A DNA stretch of 64,000 nucleotides, from the IMG/VR virus record IMGVR_UViG_3300009034_002625, positions 1 to 64,000 of that record; one strand, written 5' to 3'. Below, piece by piece: positions 1 through 10,696 of the stretch. The translations under genes were made by a program, and so were the position numbers. Each line of letters begins with the position of its first letter. Position 1 is the first letter of the stretch. Source of the stretch: a virus. Below the pieces are notes generated by a model. That model was not told where the DNA came from, ran no database searches, and saw nothing but the letters and a program-made list of their open reading frames with translations.

Positions 1-37
1 TACTTTCTTTTCTTGCCAATCCTTTAGTTACTATCAT
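1..37 (-). CDS. 5' fragment of a small virion-associated protein (MIVTKGLARKES...), runs off window edge
   Basis: ATG at 37 overlaps the TGA of the 819-aa gene (ATGA coupling); frame open to position 1. Confidence 0.5.
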   Translation of the reverse strand, partial: MIVTKGLARKES

Positions 38-2493
38 ATTCTTTTCCTTTCAAATACATTTGCCATTGCAGGATTTCCGCTTATATCGAATAAATTAAAA
101 GTGGCAATGACAGTAGTATTATCATTTTTGTAAAATATCATCTGGTTATTTATAATTTTCCACCTCCCACCTTCTATTTGTTTTATGAATTCTATAGCAC
201 TTTCCGTAAGAGCTCTATGAGAAGATAGAGTAATTTCTTTAGCAACGGTAACGTCTGCTGCCCGAGTTGAAATCTTAGTATCTATATTTGGTTCAACAGT
301 AGTTCTGTGAGCAGTCAAAGCAGAAGAAGTAGCCAATGCACTAACATTAGCTTTAAATTCATTTTTTTTATTTATAATTTCAGGTTGAATTTTATTAGTT
401 TCCGCTTTAATATTTTGGAGTTGTCCGCTAACTGCTATTTCTTTATTTCCATCAACTCCAAGTGCATCTCTAATTTGCTTGCGTTCGTCCGTAGTCCAAT
501 CTGTAAGTCCTGCTGTTGACAAAGTAATATTTTCTGTATGTATAGTACTTGGCACTAATGCTTTTTCAACAGTATATCCGCTTTTATCAAAATATACTTC
601 ATAATCAGTAGCTGAATAATCAAAATCATGAGTAAAGGGGGAACCCATATCGGTATGCCATCCACCGCCATCTCCAAAATTAACTGATATTCCTTGTAAA
701 TGATAGCCTTGAGAATCTTTGACATTAAAAGTTACAGTATATTTTGAAACCGTCATTGTCATGCTGTCTTCTGCAGTTGCTCCTAAGTTATCCTCAACTT
801 TTAAATTACAAGTAATTGCTCCAATATTATCAAAGACATAAGTAAAAGCTTGAACTGCTTCTAATAAAGTTGCCCATCCACCTTTTGGAATTTCTATCCA
901 TCCCGAACCTTCAATATCATAATAAGCATGATCAACTGTGCCGTCAGGGTCACTAAATGAACAATCTGAAAATGGCTTTTTGCTTTCATGATCATAGCAA
1001 GTTTTGTTAGTTCCTGCATCTACGCTTGGAGCAAAATTAGCAGAATAAGTAATCTGGATTTCGTCAAGTTCGACTTTTTGCAATCCATTTGAAACTAAAT
1101 AAGCAACAAATCCTATCTTGTCTGGAGTGGGATCAAATGTTCCGATATTCGCATTTATAACTGCAGCGGAATTAAAGTTGCTGGAACTTCCGCCAACAAC
1201 CCAAGCAGCTCCATTCCACCAATATTTATTGGCTTTGTCTACTTTGTACAAATTATATCCGATACTGCCTTCATTTCCGCCACCAAGAGTTTCCTGAAAA
1301 ATATCCCAAGATATTACTGCTACAGGGTCAAACAAAATTGTTGGCTCTATTGTTGGTTTGTCAGAAACGTAGGCAGTCTCTTCGCTTCCCCACGTGCTGT
1401 GTGTTGGCTCGGGGTAAGTGTATTTTCTCTCATACCAATTGTCAAAAAGCGCATTGACGAAATAGACGTCAGTGTAGGGTTCGCTTGATTCTAAAACGCG
1501 ACCAGAAGAAAAAGCCTTGACTGATGCCTTTGGAATTGAGGCTGGTGTTGTAAATTGCGAAACTCTGCTATCATCTAATATGTCTAAATTATAATTGACT
1601 CCGTCATCCCATATTTGAATGTAATAGCTGCCAGCTCCTAAAAGATAAACAGCGGTACCTTGCCACGCACTTCCATTCCACCAATGAGGATTTCCTAACG
1701 TATCCCAATACATCACTCTAAATTTATTTGCTCTGGTTGCATGATTAGCTCCATATCTGAGTGCGAGAAATCTTCTTTTGGGGTTCCAAACAGACGAATG
1801 TTCAGGAGTATTTACCGCAGAATCATCAATTAAACCTAAAGCAAGGAAAGCAGCATTGGTGCTAGATGTGCCAGTTATAACAGACTTAACTTCTGAGAAA
1901 AAATTCCCGCTTGGTGGTACTACTCCCATAACCCAACCATCGTCAGATGTGTTGCCGCCAGTTGTATGAATCAATCCGCCAGAATGCGAAAAGACTGAAG
2001 TGCCTGATGTGTAATAAGTAAGATTCCAATTGAGAGAATCGTCTCCTGCCAGCATTGTTGTCGTAATATCGCTTGTAGTTGAGGCGGCTACATTTCCATA
2101 ATGAATATAAATGGTTTGATTTCCAACGCCCAAGTCATCATTGACTTTTACCCAAAACGTTGCAGAACTTGACGGAATATAAGCTTCTCTCCAATAGCCA
2201 AGCTCTGTAATGCCATCATCATCTGTAAATCTTATATCGCTGAAATCGGTTTTGCATTTACTATTCATGTAAACATTTTCGCCAGAGTCAGAACCGCTTC
2301 CATAATGAACAACGATTTTTACTTGATAGTTTGAGCCTGCGCCTGTGGCTTGATTAATTACATGCGATTTGCGATAATTCCAGCCAACTAAAGTTTGCCT
2401 TTTAAGTTTTCCCAGACCACCTGCAACTTCTATCTTATTAGAATCATAAGTGTAGTTGCCTGGCGTTGTGAACGGATAAGATTTGACTGTCAT
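34..2493 (-). CDS. Virion/tail accessory protein with DUF2341-like N-terminal domain and PKD/Ig-like domains
   Basis: WNYRKSHVI...DFSDIRFTDDDG...YW.E...ATFWVKV...IYIHYGN resembles DUF2341; APSVDAG...FSDPDGTV...LKVEDNLGAT resembles PKD; at the end of the tail operon. Confidence 0.65.
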   Translation of the reverse strand: MTVKSYPFTTPGNYTYDSNKIEVAGGLGKLKRQTLVGWNYRKSHVINQATGAGSNYQVKIVVHYGSGSDSGENVYMNSKCKTDFSDIRFTDDDGITELGYWREAYIPSSSATFWVKVNDDLGVGNQTIYIHYGNVAASTTSDITTTMLAGDDSLNWNLTYYTSGTSVFSHSGGLIHTTGGNTSDDGWVMGVVPPSGNFFSEVKSVITGTSSTNAAFLALGLIDDSAVNTPEHSSVWNPKRRFLALRYGANHATRANKFRVMYWDTLGNPHWWNGSAWQGTAVYLLGAGSYYIQIWDDGVNYNLDILDDSRVSQFTTPASIPKASVKAFSSGRVLESSEPYTDVYFVNALFDNWYERKYTYPEPTHSTWGSEETAYVSDKPTIEPTILFDPVAVISWDIFQETLGGGNEGSIGYNLYKVDKANKYWWNGAAWVVGGSSSNFNSAAVINANIGTFDPTPDKIGFVAYLVSNGLQKVELDEIQITYSANFAPSVDAGTNKTCYDHESKKPFSDCSFSDPDGTVDHAYYDIEGSGWIEIPKGGWATLLEAVQAFTYVFDNIGAITCNLKVEDNLGATAEDSMTMTVSKYTVTFNVKDSQGYHLQGISVNFGDGGGWHTDMGSPFTHDFDYSATDYEVYFDKSGYTVEKALVPSTIHTENITLSTAGLTDWTTDERKQIRDALGVDGNKEIAVSGQLQNIKAETNKIQPEIINKKNEFKANVSALATSSALTAHRTTVEPNIDTKISTRAADVTVAKEITLSSHRALTESAIEFIKQIEGGRWKIINNQMIFYKNDNTTVIATFNLFDISGNPAMANVFERKRI

Positions 2494-2573
2494 TTTAATT
2501 CTTTCTTCAACTTTCTATTTTAGAATCCTAATATCTTTTCTTGATTTGCCTACATTAGTTTTAATGTGAAAAA

Positions 2574-3080
2574 TCAAATCTTTTTTTTGGTAATTTTTCC
2601 TACTCTATCTTTAAGCAACTGCTTAATTTTATTTTCATCTGCATATTTGCCTATTAAGCCCAATAAGGCTTCTTTTGTTATAGTAGGTGGTGCTTCATCA
2701 ACAGCTTTAATAAGTGAAGTGTTTACCTTTTTCTCGTTTTTGTGCCTTACTTCTTTTACTCCAATATATCCTGCACCAATTGTAATAAGCATTAAAAGGA
2801 TTTCGCTCCATGGAGAACCCAATCCTTTTGTAAGTATTTCCTTTGTTTTCTCTTTTACCGTATTGGTAACTACCTGAAATGTTTTTTTTATCGCTTTTTT
2901 AATTTCTTTTTTAGATACAGTAGCAGTTCCAGAAAAAACAATATTGCCCTTATCGTCAATTCTGCCTCTTCCTTTGAAAGCACAACAACCAAATGATATA
3001 ATAAGCAAAAAAGCTATAAATATCCAGACAATCAATCCTTTTCTTTTTTCTTGATTCATTAATTTCCTCCCATTTTCCAT
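2574..3080 (-). CDS. Membrane/lipoprotein, possible lysis accessory (probable start MNQEK at 3059)
   Basis: Hydrophobic N-terminus ending FGCC (lipobox-like) and a second TM segment; downstream of tail genes. Confidence 0.45.
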   Translation of the reverse strand: MENGRKLMNQEKRKGLIVWIFIAFLLIISFGCCAFKGRGRIDDKGNIVFSGTATVSKKEIKKAIKKTFQVVTNTVKEKTKEILTKGLGSPWSEILLMLITIGAGYIGVKEVRHKNEKKVNTSLIKAVDEAPPTITKEALLGLIGKYADENKIKQLLKDRVGKITKKKI

Positions 3081-3517
3081 TTAATAAGAAGGGTAATAAG
3101 AGTCACCAAAAGACCTGATAAAGAAAGAACAATAGCCAAAAGAACTTTACTCCTATATTGCCAACCTTTAATTTTAACATTTCCCACTCCATTTTCCAAA
3201 TCATCTACCTTTTTATCCAACCCTTCTATATCTTTTGTATTTTGTTTAACTTGGCTATGATTCTTGATTTGATTTTCTCTAATCTGTTGAACATCTTTGT
3301 CAATTCCATCCAATTTTCCAAGCAAAATAGTCTGATGTCCATCAATTTTTTTATCAATTTCTTTAATCTCATTTCCTACCATACTAAATTCTTTTCGCAC
3401 TGCTTCTTCCATATTTAGTCCTTTCTTTTTATTTAGCAGGAACTTCTCCGTCCTTTGCTCCTTCTTCCTCTTTTGCCTTAACTTCTGTTTCTGGCTTTTT
3501 TTCTTTTGTTTGTACAT
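3059..3517 (-). CDS. Coiled-coil protein with C-terminal TM helix, holin/spanin-like (probable start MEEAV at about 3412)
   Basis: Heptad-rich region followed by VLLAIVLSLSGLLVTLITLLI. Confidence 0.45.
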   Translation of the reverse strand: MYKQKKKSQKQKLRQKRKKEQRTEKFLLNKKKGLNMEEAVRKEFSMVGNEIKEIDKKIDGHQTILLGKLDGIDKDVQQIRENQIKNHSQVKQNTKDIEGLDKKVDDLENGVGNVKIKGWQYRSKVLLAIVLSLSGLLVTLITLLIKWKMGGN

Positions 3518-3989
3518 CTTTTACCTCTTCTTTGGTTTTTTCATCAACCTCAATTTCTTCAGCATCTTCTAAAGCATCAAGAAGTTGACCCAATCTTCCA
3601 ATCATTTCCCCGCCACCAAAAGATTGTGGAATACCTTCAATGATTTTCATTTCTGGTTCCTTTCCAGTCATATTGGCGGTAATAGCTTCAACGCACAAAT
3701 CTTTTTCACTTTTGGTCAAATGAAAAATATTGCTTTCTGCTTTTTCGGAAAGCAATTTATTTGATAACCTAGCAAAGGCTAAAGCTTTTTCTTTTTTTGG
3801 TCTATGTCCGTAAACAATAAGATACAAATCATCCAAGACTTTTACAATTTCTACATCAGGAAGATCCTTGCTTTCTTTCTTCATTTTTTCCAAAATCTGT
3901 TGAGCTTCCATTGGGTTTGTAATATCCCTTAAAAAAGGTTGCTTTCTTGCATTCCTAATTACCCTATTCGTTACCGCTAATACCTTCAT
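3429..3989 (-). CDS. Hypothetical protein
   Basis: 186-aa ORF with AGGAG SD, operon-coupled. Confidence 0.65.
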   Translation of the reverse strand: MKVLAVTNRVIRNARKQPFLRDITNPMEAQQILEKMKKESKDLPDVEIVKVLDDLYLIVYGHRPKKEKALAFARLSNKLLSEKAESNIFHLTKSEKDLCVEAITANMTGKEPEMKIIEGIPQSFGGGEMIGRLGQLLDALEDAEEIEVDEKTKEEVKDVQTKEKKPETEVKAKEEEGAKDGEVPAK

Positions 3990-4094
3990 ACCATTTCTCC
4001 TTTCCTAATTTATTGAGCCTTCCAAAATGGCGACTCTGTTTTTTGATTTTCCTTTATGACAATTTATGAATAGACATATATCGTTATAATTATT

Positions 4095-4445
4095 TTATGG
4101 TAATAAACCTCTTGCCTCAAGACGTTCTATTGCTATTTTTTCTATTTCTTCTTTTATTAGTTTTTGATGTTGTTTCTCCATTTTTAATTTTTGTGCTTTT
4201 TTCTTATCAACCCAAATCCCTTGTCCTTTTCTACCTGTCCAAGCATCTCTATCTTCTCTTGATTGAGGTAACTCAGATAAATCAATATCATCATAGGGTC
4301 TTCCTTCCAAATCTCCGTGCATACACTTTGTAAATACCCTCTCCAACCAGTCTGTTTCCATTTCATCAGCACGCCTTGAATTTAGAGCAGGATAGATTAT
4401 TGACACTCCATTATCTGCTCTGTAAACAACCCTTACTTTATTCAT
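4095..4445 (-). CDS. Putative tail fibre assembly/chaperone protein
   Basis: Directly follows the fibre gene; VYRADNGVSIIYPA...ELPQSREDRDAW pattern typical of fibre-adjacent proteins. Confidence 0.55.
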   Translation of the reverse strand: MNKVRVVYRADNGVSIIYPALNSRRADEMETDWLERVFTKCMHGDLEGRPYDDIDLSELPQSREDRDAWTGRKGQGIWVDKKKAQKLKMEKQHQKLIKEEIEKIAIERLEARGLLP

Positions 4446-7400
4446 TATGCACTATCTCCTATTGCTATTATAAAAATTTGTGCTGAATCCACTTTGGCTG
4501 GGCCTGCTACATTTAATGTTTGAAACTCAACCCATTCTGTATTAAGCGTTCTTACAATAACAACAGCATTATATGTTGCTTGGTCAGTATATCCTGCACC
4601 TCCTACTGCATAGTCGTCATTAGCAAAATCTATATCCCAAGTCACAGTATATTCTCCTACTGCGTTATCTGCTATGCCAGCCACATTGTAACTATCCCGT
4701 TCAGCAATTACTCCTGTTCCATCAAAATTTATCCAACCATTTATAGCACCTTCGCCTTTAAAAGTGGGTGCGGTTATTACACCATCCTTGCCTATAGTCA
4801 TCGCAGTGGTATCCACCAATCCAGTGTTGGAAGTCTTAATTGTTATCTTGGTTGGAACATAATCTGCACCTGCATTACCATCTTGCTCAGCTAATATATA
4901 TGCACCATAAGCCCAAGCCTGATTGGTATCAACTCCCTTAAAACCTATTACCCCAAACCATTCCCCATCAATTGTGTCTATCATAGTTCCATAAGTATCG
5001 TGATGAGATTTTCTAAATAGAAAAAGGGATTTTTGGGTATCAGTATCAGAATAACAATCAAATAGATGGATATTATCCGCTGCGGCTAAAGCCGAATGTA
5101 TTGTTGCGTCAGGGGTTGTTTCCGCTCCAAGACCAAGTTGTCCTTTTAAATAATTATCTGCGCCAGTTCCAGCCTGATATATGCCATAGTCAACATTGGT
5201 AGCTTCATCAAGATAGAGCATATATACAGAGCCAGTCGGGTCTTTATCCGCATCAACTTTTATATATTGTCCATAAACATCTCCTGCGATAGAAGCCATT
5301 GCAGATTCCAAATCTACATCTACATAGCTACCGCAAACATTTACAGAGACAGTTCCGCCGTCTCCGTCAACCTGAACAGAAGTTCCATACAAACTATCGT
5401 GAACAGTTCCAGAAAGAAGTCGTGCAATACTTCTTATTCCAGCAGCCTCTTTTGTATTAACCGCATCTCCAACACTAACGGACTTGTCTAACTGCATTGT
5501 ATTGTGTATGCCATAAACATCTCCCACTTCAGTCGAGGCGTGATTCATAGTTATGTTGTTTAAAATGCCATACATATGATCATCGTGGTCAGTAATTCCT
5601 GCTGTTTTAGTATGTTGATTTTCAAATCCACGATAAGTAGTGGTAGTATCAACAGTAAGATTTAATATTCTTACACGCCCATCTGCCACATCCAAAGCAT
5701 AAGTTGTATCGCAAATAGTTACACTTCTTCCATCTCCAGAAAAGTAACCAGCCCAAGAAGTTCCGAAATCAGTATAACTGGCGGGCAACTTACAACTGAT
5801 ACCTTCAAGAACTGGAGCCCCGCCATTACGAGTTGTTCCACTCCAGTCTATATTTACTCCCCTGTAAGTTGCCGTAGCACTTAAAGCAGTAGATCCTGGG
5901 TCAGTATAGGAAAAACCTGTCTGGATTTTATTTTCTGTCATTTCCTCGAGAAACAAACCAAAACCAGTAGTAGTATCTGTGGCAGATGGAGCAACCCAAA
6001 AACCAGATAAAATAGCATCCTTATCCACGCTTACTAAAGTAGAAAAGTCAACATAGCAACCAGCGATAGCACAATTTGCACCTGTCACTGGGTCTAAAGC
6101 AGTTGCGTCAATGATTATACCTGCCCAAAGGGAACCCGCATCCAAAGGATTTTGGGAAGTTATAGCAACAATAGTTTGGCTTCCAGTCGCAGTAGGCTCA
6201 ATTTTAAATCCTCCATCGCTATATAGTGTAACATTATTGTCTATCCAATCAGTAAGTTCAGTATGCTGTGCTGATGTTAAATGATAATATTCAGCAACAG
6301 TTCCGCCTTGAAGCCCAGCCAAATCGCCGTGGTCTGAAACTCCAGTTCCAACAAATACTGTAACAAAAGCACTTTCAGTAGAATAAAAAGTCGCACTATT
6401 CTTTTGTATTATTATCTTACCTATCAAGGTAGCAAGCTTGGTGAGTCTATCTGGCAAAGTAGATGGTGGTTGAACTCCCAGTGCTTCCGCTAATTTATAA
6501 TCGCCTTGTCCGTATACAATACCGACATCTCCACTCCATCCCTGATATACCCAGTGGACACCATATCTGTTTGCTGTAAGAGCAACAAGACCTGGATTTT
6601 GTCCATAATCGTTCCATTGAGTATTGTCAACCTGAGATTGAGTCGCAACTTCCACCCAACCAGTATGGTCATTATACCAATAGCTAAATCTATCAGCACC
6701 AGAACTATCAAAGGCAGCAGTTAGAAGAAAATTTAATCCTGCATACCAAGATCCTGCTGTAACAGCAATGTTTCTTGCTCCAGTTTCAGAAAGAATAGAT
6801 CCAGCAGTTCTTTTTGCAATATCAGCAGCAGCGAATCTTCTATTTGTCATGTGAGCAATATTGCCAGCGGGTTGACCGCCCTGAACAATACAAATAGTAT
6901 TTCCATCTTTATAAACCCTGGCTATTGGAAATTCATCATTAAAGTTTATTGTAGTTGGATCTGTTGTGTCCTGTATTATGGGCGCACCAGCATTATAGTT
7001 TATGTAAATATAGTTCAAATCAGGATCACCAGCTGGTGTATAAGAAGCATCACCAGCCCAGTCAAAAAATAAATTGTTTGCTACATTAGAATCAGAACTT
7101 CTTATAAATCCAGTTCCAGCACCAATATTGACAGTTCCATCTCCGTTGTCAGTTACGGTTATCGTGCCTATATGTCCTGCCGACTGAGCTGTATCAATAA
7201 AATGCTGAAGAGTTTTATAAGTAGCTCCTGTAATATAATCAACTGCAATATGGCCATCAAGAAATCCAGTTGTCCCATCAAATTTAGCAATGTCAACATA
7301 CGATGCTCCATTCCACCATTGAACAGTCATATCATAATTTTTAAGTCGCCAGACTAAGGTTCCACTATCTATGTCAACATTCAGTTTTGATCGAGAAACA

Positions 7401-10400
7401 CTTGTATAATAAACATCATCAAAAGCTTGAACTTCAGGTGAAAATTCTTGCCATGAAGTATTAGACCAATTTCTTCTGAAAATTTTAAAATTGGTAGTAT
7501 CAAACCAAATTTGACCAGGATAAGGAGAAACAGGTGAATCTCTGTCTGGATAAAAATGCTCACCCATTCTTGTATGTTCTCTTGACATCAATCTTACAAA
7601 AGTATTATGGTGGATAACAACCTCAGTTAATTTCATGGTAAGATATGCCAAATGATCTGTTAGGGATAAATCTTCATATTTCGTTAATGATTTATGAAGA
7701 ATTGGAGGAAGGGGTTCTGTTAAATCATAAGCTTCTTGAACCAGAGGATAAAAACAATTAAAAGCATCATGTTTTCTTGCCAGTTCACAATAATATAACC
7801 CTTCATAAGCAGTTGCTTCCAACCTTCTCCAGCCATCTTTATCTGCAAAAAAATCTTCAGGGAAAGGGTAGATCATATAAGCAAATTCAGGCAAATCCAA
7901 CCAATTCTTAAAGCATGACCAATCTCCCGCATAATTATCTCTCGAGGGTTTATAGTTCAAGGTTTGTTCTGCCCTCAAATCTTTAGTTCCAAGAGGAGAA
8001 TATTTAGATTTTGGACAGTTGGCTTTTTCAGCAGGATATGTTTTTCCCTGATAAAGATTCGTAACAGCTTCCTTGTAAAAAGGAAGAGAATCGGCATACT
8101 CAGCAGATGAAGTTCCATAAGAAGGATGACCGACTTTGCCCCCCGCATAAGTATGCCAACTTGAATTCCAAGGATAAGATTTTGTGCAAAACCAAGGACC
8201 TTCTATTACTGAACTATAGACTGAACAATCGGGTCTTCCCTTTCTTTGTAAAAAATAACTTGTTGGAGTTATCACTGGATTGTCAGGGGAAGAAGTTTTT
8301 TTAGGTTTAAGCTTGATTTGCCCTGTGCATTTCAATTTTCCTTCTTTGAGACCAGTATAAATTAAGTCAGTATCAATATTAACCCAATTATACCAATGGC
8401 CCAAAGGCAAGCTTTTTTCCCAAACTCGGGTTCTTTCAGGATCTAAGATATCCTCGTTGGGCGTAAACCAAGTTCGGACTAATAAGGTATTTTTAAGTCC
8501 TTTTTTAGGAGTCTCTGGGGGTTCCTCGCACCAAATTGGTCCAACTCGATCAATAGTATGATTACCAAAAACAAAATCTTTATTTGTTACTTGACAAAAT
8601 TGAACTGAATCTAAATGGTCTGGAATTGATCCTCCCCTAGGCTGACCATCAATATAAAAAAGATTACCTTTGGGTAAACCCGTAGTATCATGAATTCCTA
8701 TTAATCCTGTATGATTCCATGAACTCAAAGCTAAATCAGCAACCGATTGTGCTTCTCCGGGAGAATAACTATATTTTCCCAATCTTCCTTTGGGACGAAC
8801 TGAATATTCTTCCTTTTCTCTCATTCGAATAAACCACTGCATCTGCTCCCACTGATCTTCTTTTAATTTTCTTTTCATGGAAGGAGAAAGTCTATCTGCG
8901 GAAAATTCCAGATTTATATTGATTCTTGTTCCGTAACTAACATTCCATGAAACAGAAGTAATCCATCCATCAGGATCGACATCTAAATAAGTTGCATATT
9001 CATAGCTCCATTTTTGTTGATTAAGAAGACTTTCTGCAACTCTTTCCGCAATTTCTTTGGATAGAAATTCTAATCTTTCTTCATTAATCCAAATCTTATC
9101 GATAAGAAGAGGAACAAGATCGGGAACTCGAACCAACAATTCGGTTTCAAGCCCTTTTCCAGAAGGAGAAGATCCCAATTTAGCATTCGGAACTCGTTTC
9201 ATGAATCCAAAAGGATTCATAACTGATAATTTTTTATCCGGGGTTTTATATTCAAATTCTCTCCACTCAAAAGCAAAAGTAACCTCGGGACCTATCTCTT
9301 TAGCTTCGAATTGACTTTTCAAAAGCTTTGCGGTATCTTCCTCAAGGCCTGTAGACCAATTTTTTCCCTTAATTTTTAATACCAAAAGATCATAATCCAT
9401 TGTCCAATCCTTTGGTTCTTCTATTTCTTTCTCCTCATAAGTATGTTTATCTGGCTTTTTAACAATTTGCCAAGCTTTAATATAGATATCTTTAAATTTA
9501 GCTCCAAGAGATGGATATTTAGCAGAATCTATTCTTTTTAGAATAGCTGGGGTTTTCTTCAAATTGTGATAAGTATATCCTTTTATAATAGGTGAATATT
9601 CAGGATGGCAAAACCACCTAAAAACACACTTCTCCATTTTTTTAGATTTTTCTTCACCAATTAGATTCTTCCAAAAATGCTCTTTATTTACACCCTTGGT
9701 AATATCTTCTCTTGAAATTTTCCAAATTTTTTCTATTGATTGTAACTTCCATTTTTTCGCGTCTTTATGTTGATCTTTCTCAAAAAGAGGACGAATTTTA
9801 TTTTCAAGATCTTCGCAAACAGGAATCCACGAAACTGGCGGTTCTTGAATTAAAAAATTATTTCCAACAACATGAATCCAATAAGGCAATGGAGCTTTGT
9901 TAATTCCTCCTGTTTTATTTTTCAGAAAATTTTGATAGGCTTTTTCTATATTGCTGAATTTACTCTTTGCAATTGGATTTCCTTTTTTAACTATTTCTAT
10001 TTTTCCATTCGCTTTAAGAGCAATCTCATGGTTTATTGGTTCCAAAATATCATTTATTGCTTGATTGAGTGGAGTTCTAAACCATTTAATACTTAAAGGC
10101 ATATATGGCTTAATACCATCTTTTCCTGCCGATCGAATAGGATCGTTATATTTTGGCCATTTATTTCCAGGGCGTTGTTTTCCTGTCCTTTCAGCTCGAA
10201 CAAGTGCATCGGGAATCCAGCTTGCTCCCTTCATCCCAAGAAGTTCAGAAATAATTTCTTTCGCAAGATGAAGAACATCCATTCCATACCAAGGCCAACC
10301 ATCTTTCTGATCTATAAATCTAACAGCTCCGTCTAGAAGAGCGGGTTGATTTAACAAGTTATCTGAAGGAATATTAAATTCTCCTGTAATATTTATTCTA

Positions 10401-10687
10401 TCCCAAAAAAATCGCCAATCTTTTAATTGAATTTTAATTTTGGGTGGATCAGCCCCTTCTTCTTTTTCCCAATGAATAACAACTAGGTTTTCAATCATTT
10501 TTTGATCCCAGTCGTTTCTAAAAGTCAGCCAATGACCATAGGGATTTTTTTCTAATTCTTTTTCAAGGCTTCCATCTTCATCAACCAAAGTACAGGTTCC
10601 TGAAGAGGGAGAAGTTCCAAGATCAAGGGTCATTTCAGCACTATTAACTGGCCATCTATCAAACCAAGCTTGAATATCACCTTCCAT
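4445..10687 (-). CDS. Large tail tip/tail fibre protein (2080 aa)
   Basis: Downstream of tape measure; charged N-terminal hub-like half, PGQIWFDTT motif, G/T/D-rich beta-strand C-terminal half, terminal WINFDGTG...DSYNV...GEYTVTW fibre-tip domain. Confidence 0.8.
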   Translation of the reverse strand: MEGDIQAWFDRWPVNSAEMTLDLGTSPSSGTCTLVDEDGSLEKELEKNPYGHWLTFRNDWDQKMIENLVVIHWEKEEGADPPKIKIQLKDWRFFWDRINITGEFNIPSDNLLNQPALLDGAVRFIDQKDGWPWYGMDVLHLAKEIISELLGMKGASWIPDALVRAERTGKQRPGNKWPKYNDPIRSAGKDGIKPYMPLSIKWFRTPLNQAINDILEPINHEIALKANGKIEIVKKGNPIAKSKFSNIEKAYQNFLKNKTGGINKAPLPYWIHVVGNNFLIQEPPVSWIPVCEDLENKIRPLFEKDQHKDAKKWKLQSIEKIWKISREDITKGVNKEHFWKNLIGEEKSKKMEKCVFRWFCHPEYSPIIKGYTYHNLKKTPAILKRIDSAKYPSLGAKFKDIYIKAWQIVKKPDKHTYEEKEIEEPKDWTMDYDLLVLKIKGKNWSTGLEEDTAKLLKSQFEAKEIGPEVTFAFEWREFEYKTPDKKLSVMNPFGFMKRVPNAKLGSSPSGKGLETELLVRVPDLVPLLIDKIWINEERLEFLSKEIAERVAESLLNQQKWSYEYATYLDVDPDGWITSVSWNVSYGTRININLEFSADRLSPSMKRKLKEDQWEQMQWFIRMREKEEYSVRPKGRLGKYSYSPGEAQSVADLALSSWNHTGLIGIHDTTGLPKGNLFYIDGQPRGGSIPDHLDSVQFCQVTNKDFVFGNHTIDRVGPIWCEEPPETPKKGLKNTLLVRTWFTPNEDILDPERTRVWEKSLPLGHWYNWVNIDTDLIYTGLKEGKLKCTGQIKLKPKKTSSPDNPVITPTSYFLQRKGRPDCSVYSSVIEGPWFCTKSYPWNSSWHTYAGGKVGHPSYGTSSAEYADSLPFYKEAVTNLYQGKTYPAEKANCPKSKYSPLGTKDLRAEQTLNYKPSRDNYAGDWSCFKNWLDLPEFAYMIYPFPEDFFADKDGWRRLEATAYEGLYYCELARKHDAFNCFYPLVQEAYDLTEPLPPILHKSLTKYEDLSLTDHLAYLTMKLTEVVIHHNTFVRLMSREHTRMGEHFYPDRDSPVSPYPGQIWFDTTNFKIFRRNWSNTSWQEFSPEVQAFDDVYYTSVSRSKLNVDIDSGTLVWRLKNYDMTVQWWNGASYVDIAKFDGTTGFLDGHIAVDYITGATYKTLQHFIDTAQSAGHIGTITVTDNGDGTVNIGAGTGFIRSSDSNVANNLFFDWAGDASYTPAGDPDLNYIYINYNAGAPIIQDTTDPTTINFNDEFPIARVYKDGNTICIVQGGQPAGNIAHMTNRRFAAADIAKRTAGSILSETGARNIAVTAGSWYAGLNFLLTAAFDSSGADRFSYWYNDHTGWVEVATQSQVDNTQWNDYGQNPGLVALTANRYGVHWVYQGWSGDVGIVYGQGDYKLAEALGVQPPSTLPDRLTKLATLIGKIIIQKNSATFYSTESAFVTVFVGTGVSDHGDLAGLQGGTVAEYYHLTSAQHTELTDWIDNNVTLYSDGGFKIEPTATGSQTIVAITSQNPLDAGSLWAGIIIDATALDPVTGANCAIAGCYVDFSTLVSVDKDAILSGFWVAPSATDTTTGFGLFLEEMTENKIQTGFSYTDPGSTALSATATYRGVNIDWSGTTRNGGAPVLEGISCKLPASYTDFGTSWAGYFSGDGRSVTICDTTYALDVADGRVRILNLTVDTTTTYRGFENQHTKTAGITDHDDHMYGILNNITMNHASTEVGDVYGIHNTMQLDKSVSVGDAVNTKEAAGIRSIARLLSGTVHDSLYGTSVQVDGDGGTVSVNVCGSYVDVDLESAMASIAGDVYGQYIKVDADKDPTGSVYMLYLDEATNVDYGIYQAGTGADNYLKGQLGLGAETTPDATIHSALAAADNIHLFDCYSDTDTQKSLFLFRKSHHDTYGTMIDTIDGEWFGVIGFKGVDTNQAWAYGAYILAEQDGNAGADYVPTKITIKTSNTGLVDTTAMTIGKDGVITAPTFKGEGAINGWINFDGTGVIAERDSYNVAGIADNAVGEYTVTWDIDFANDDYAVGGAGYTDQATYNAVVIVRTLNTEWVEFQTLNVAGPAKVDSAQIFIIAIGDSA

Positions 10688-10696
10688 TTTCTATTC

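Noticed and set aside
2511-2590. A AAA AAG slippery heptamer at the end of the 168-aa membrane gene, with a short open -1 frame
   Set aside because: The extension is only about 20 aa, no stimulatory structure is evident, and A-runs are common in this genome.
4445-5000. Diversity-generating retroelement target at the fibre tip
   Set aside because: No reverse transcriptase and no template-repeat copy were found in the window.
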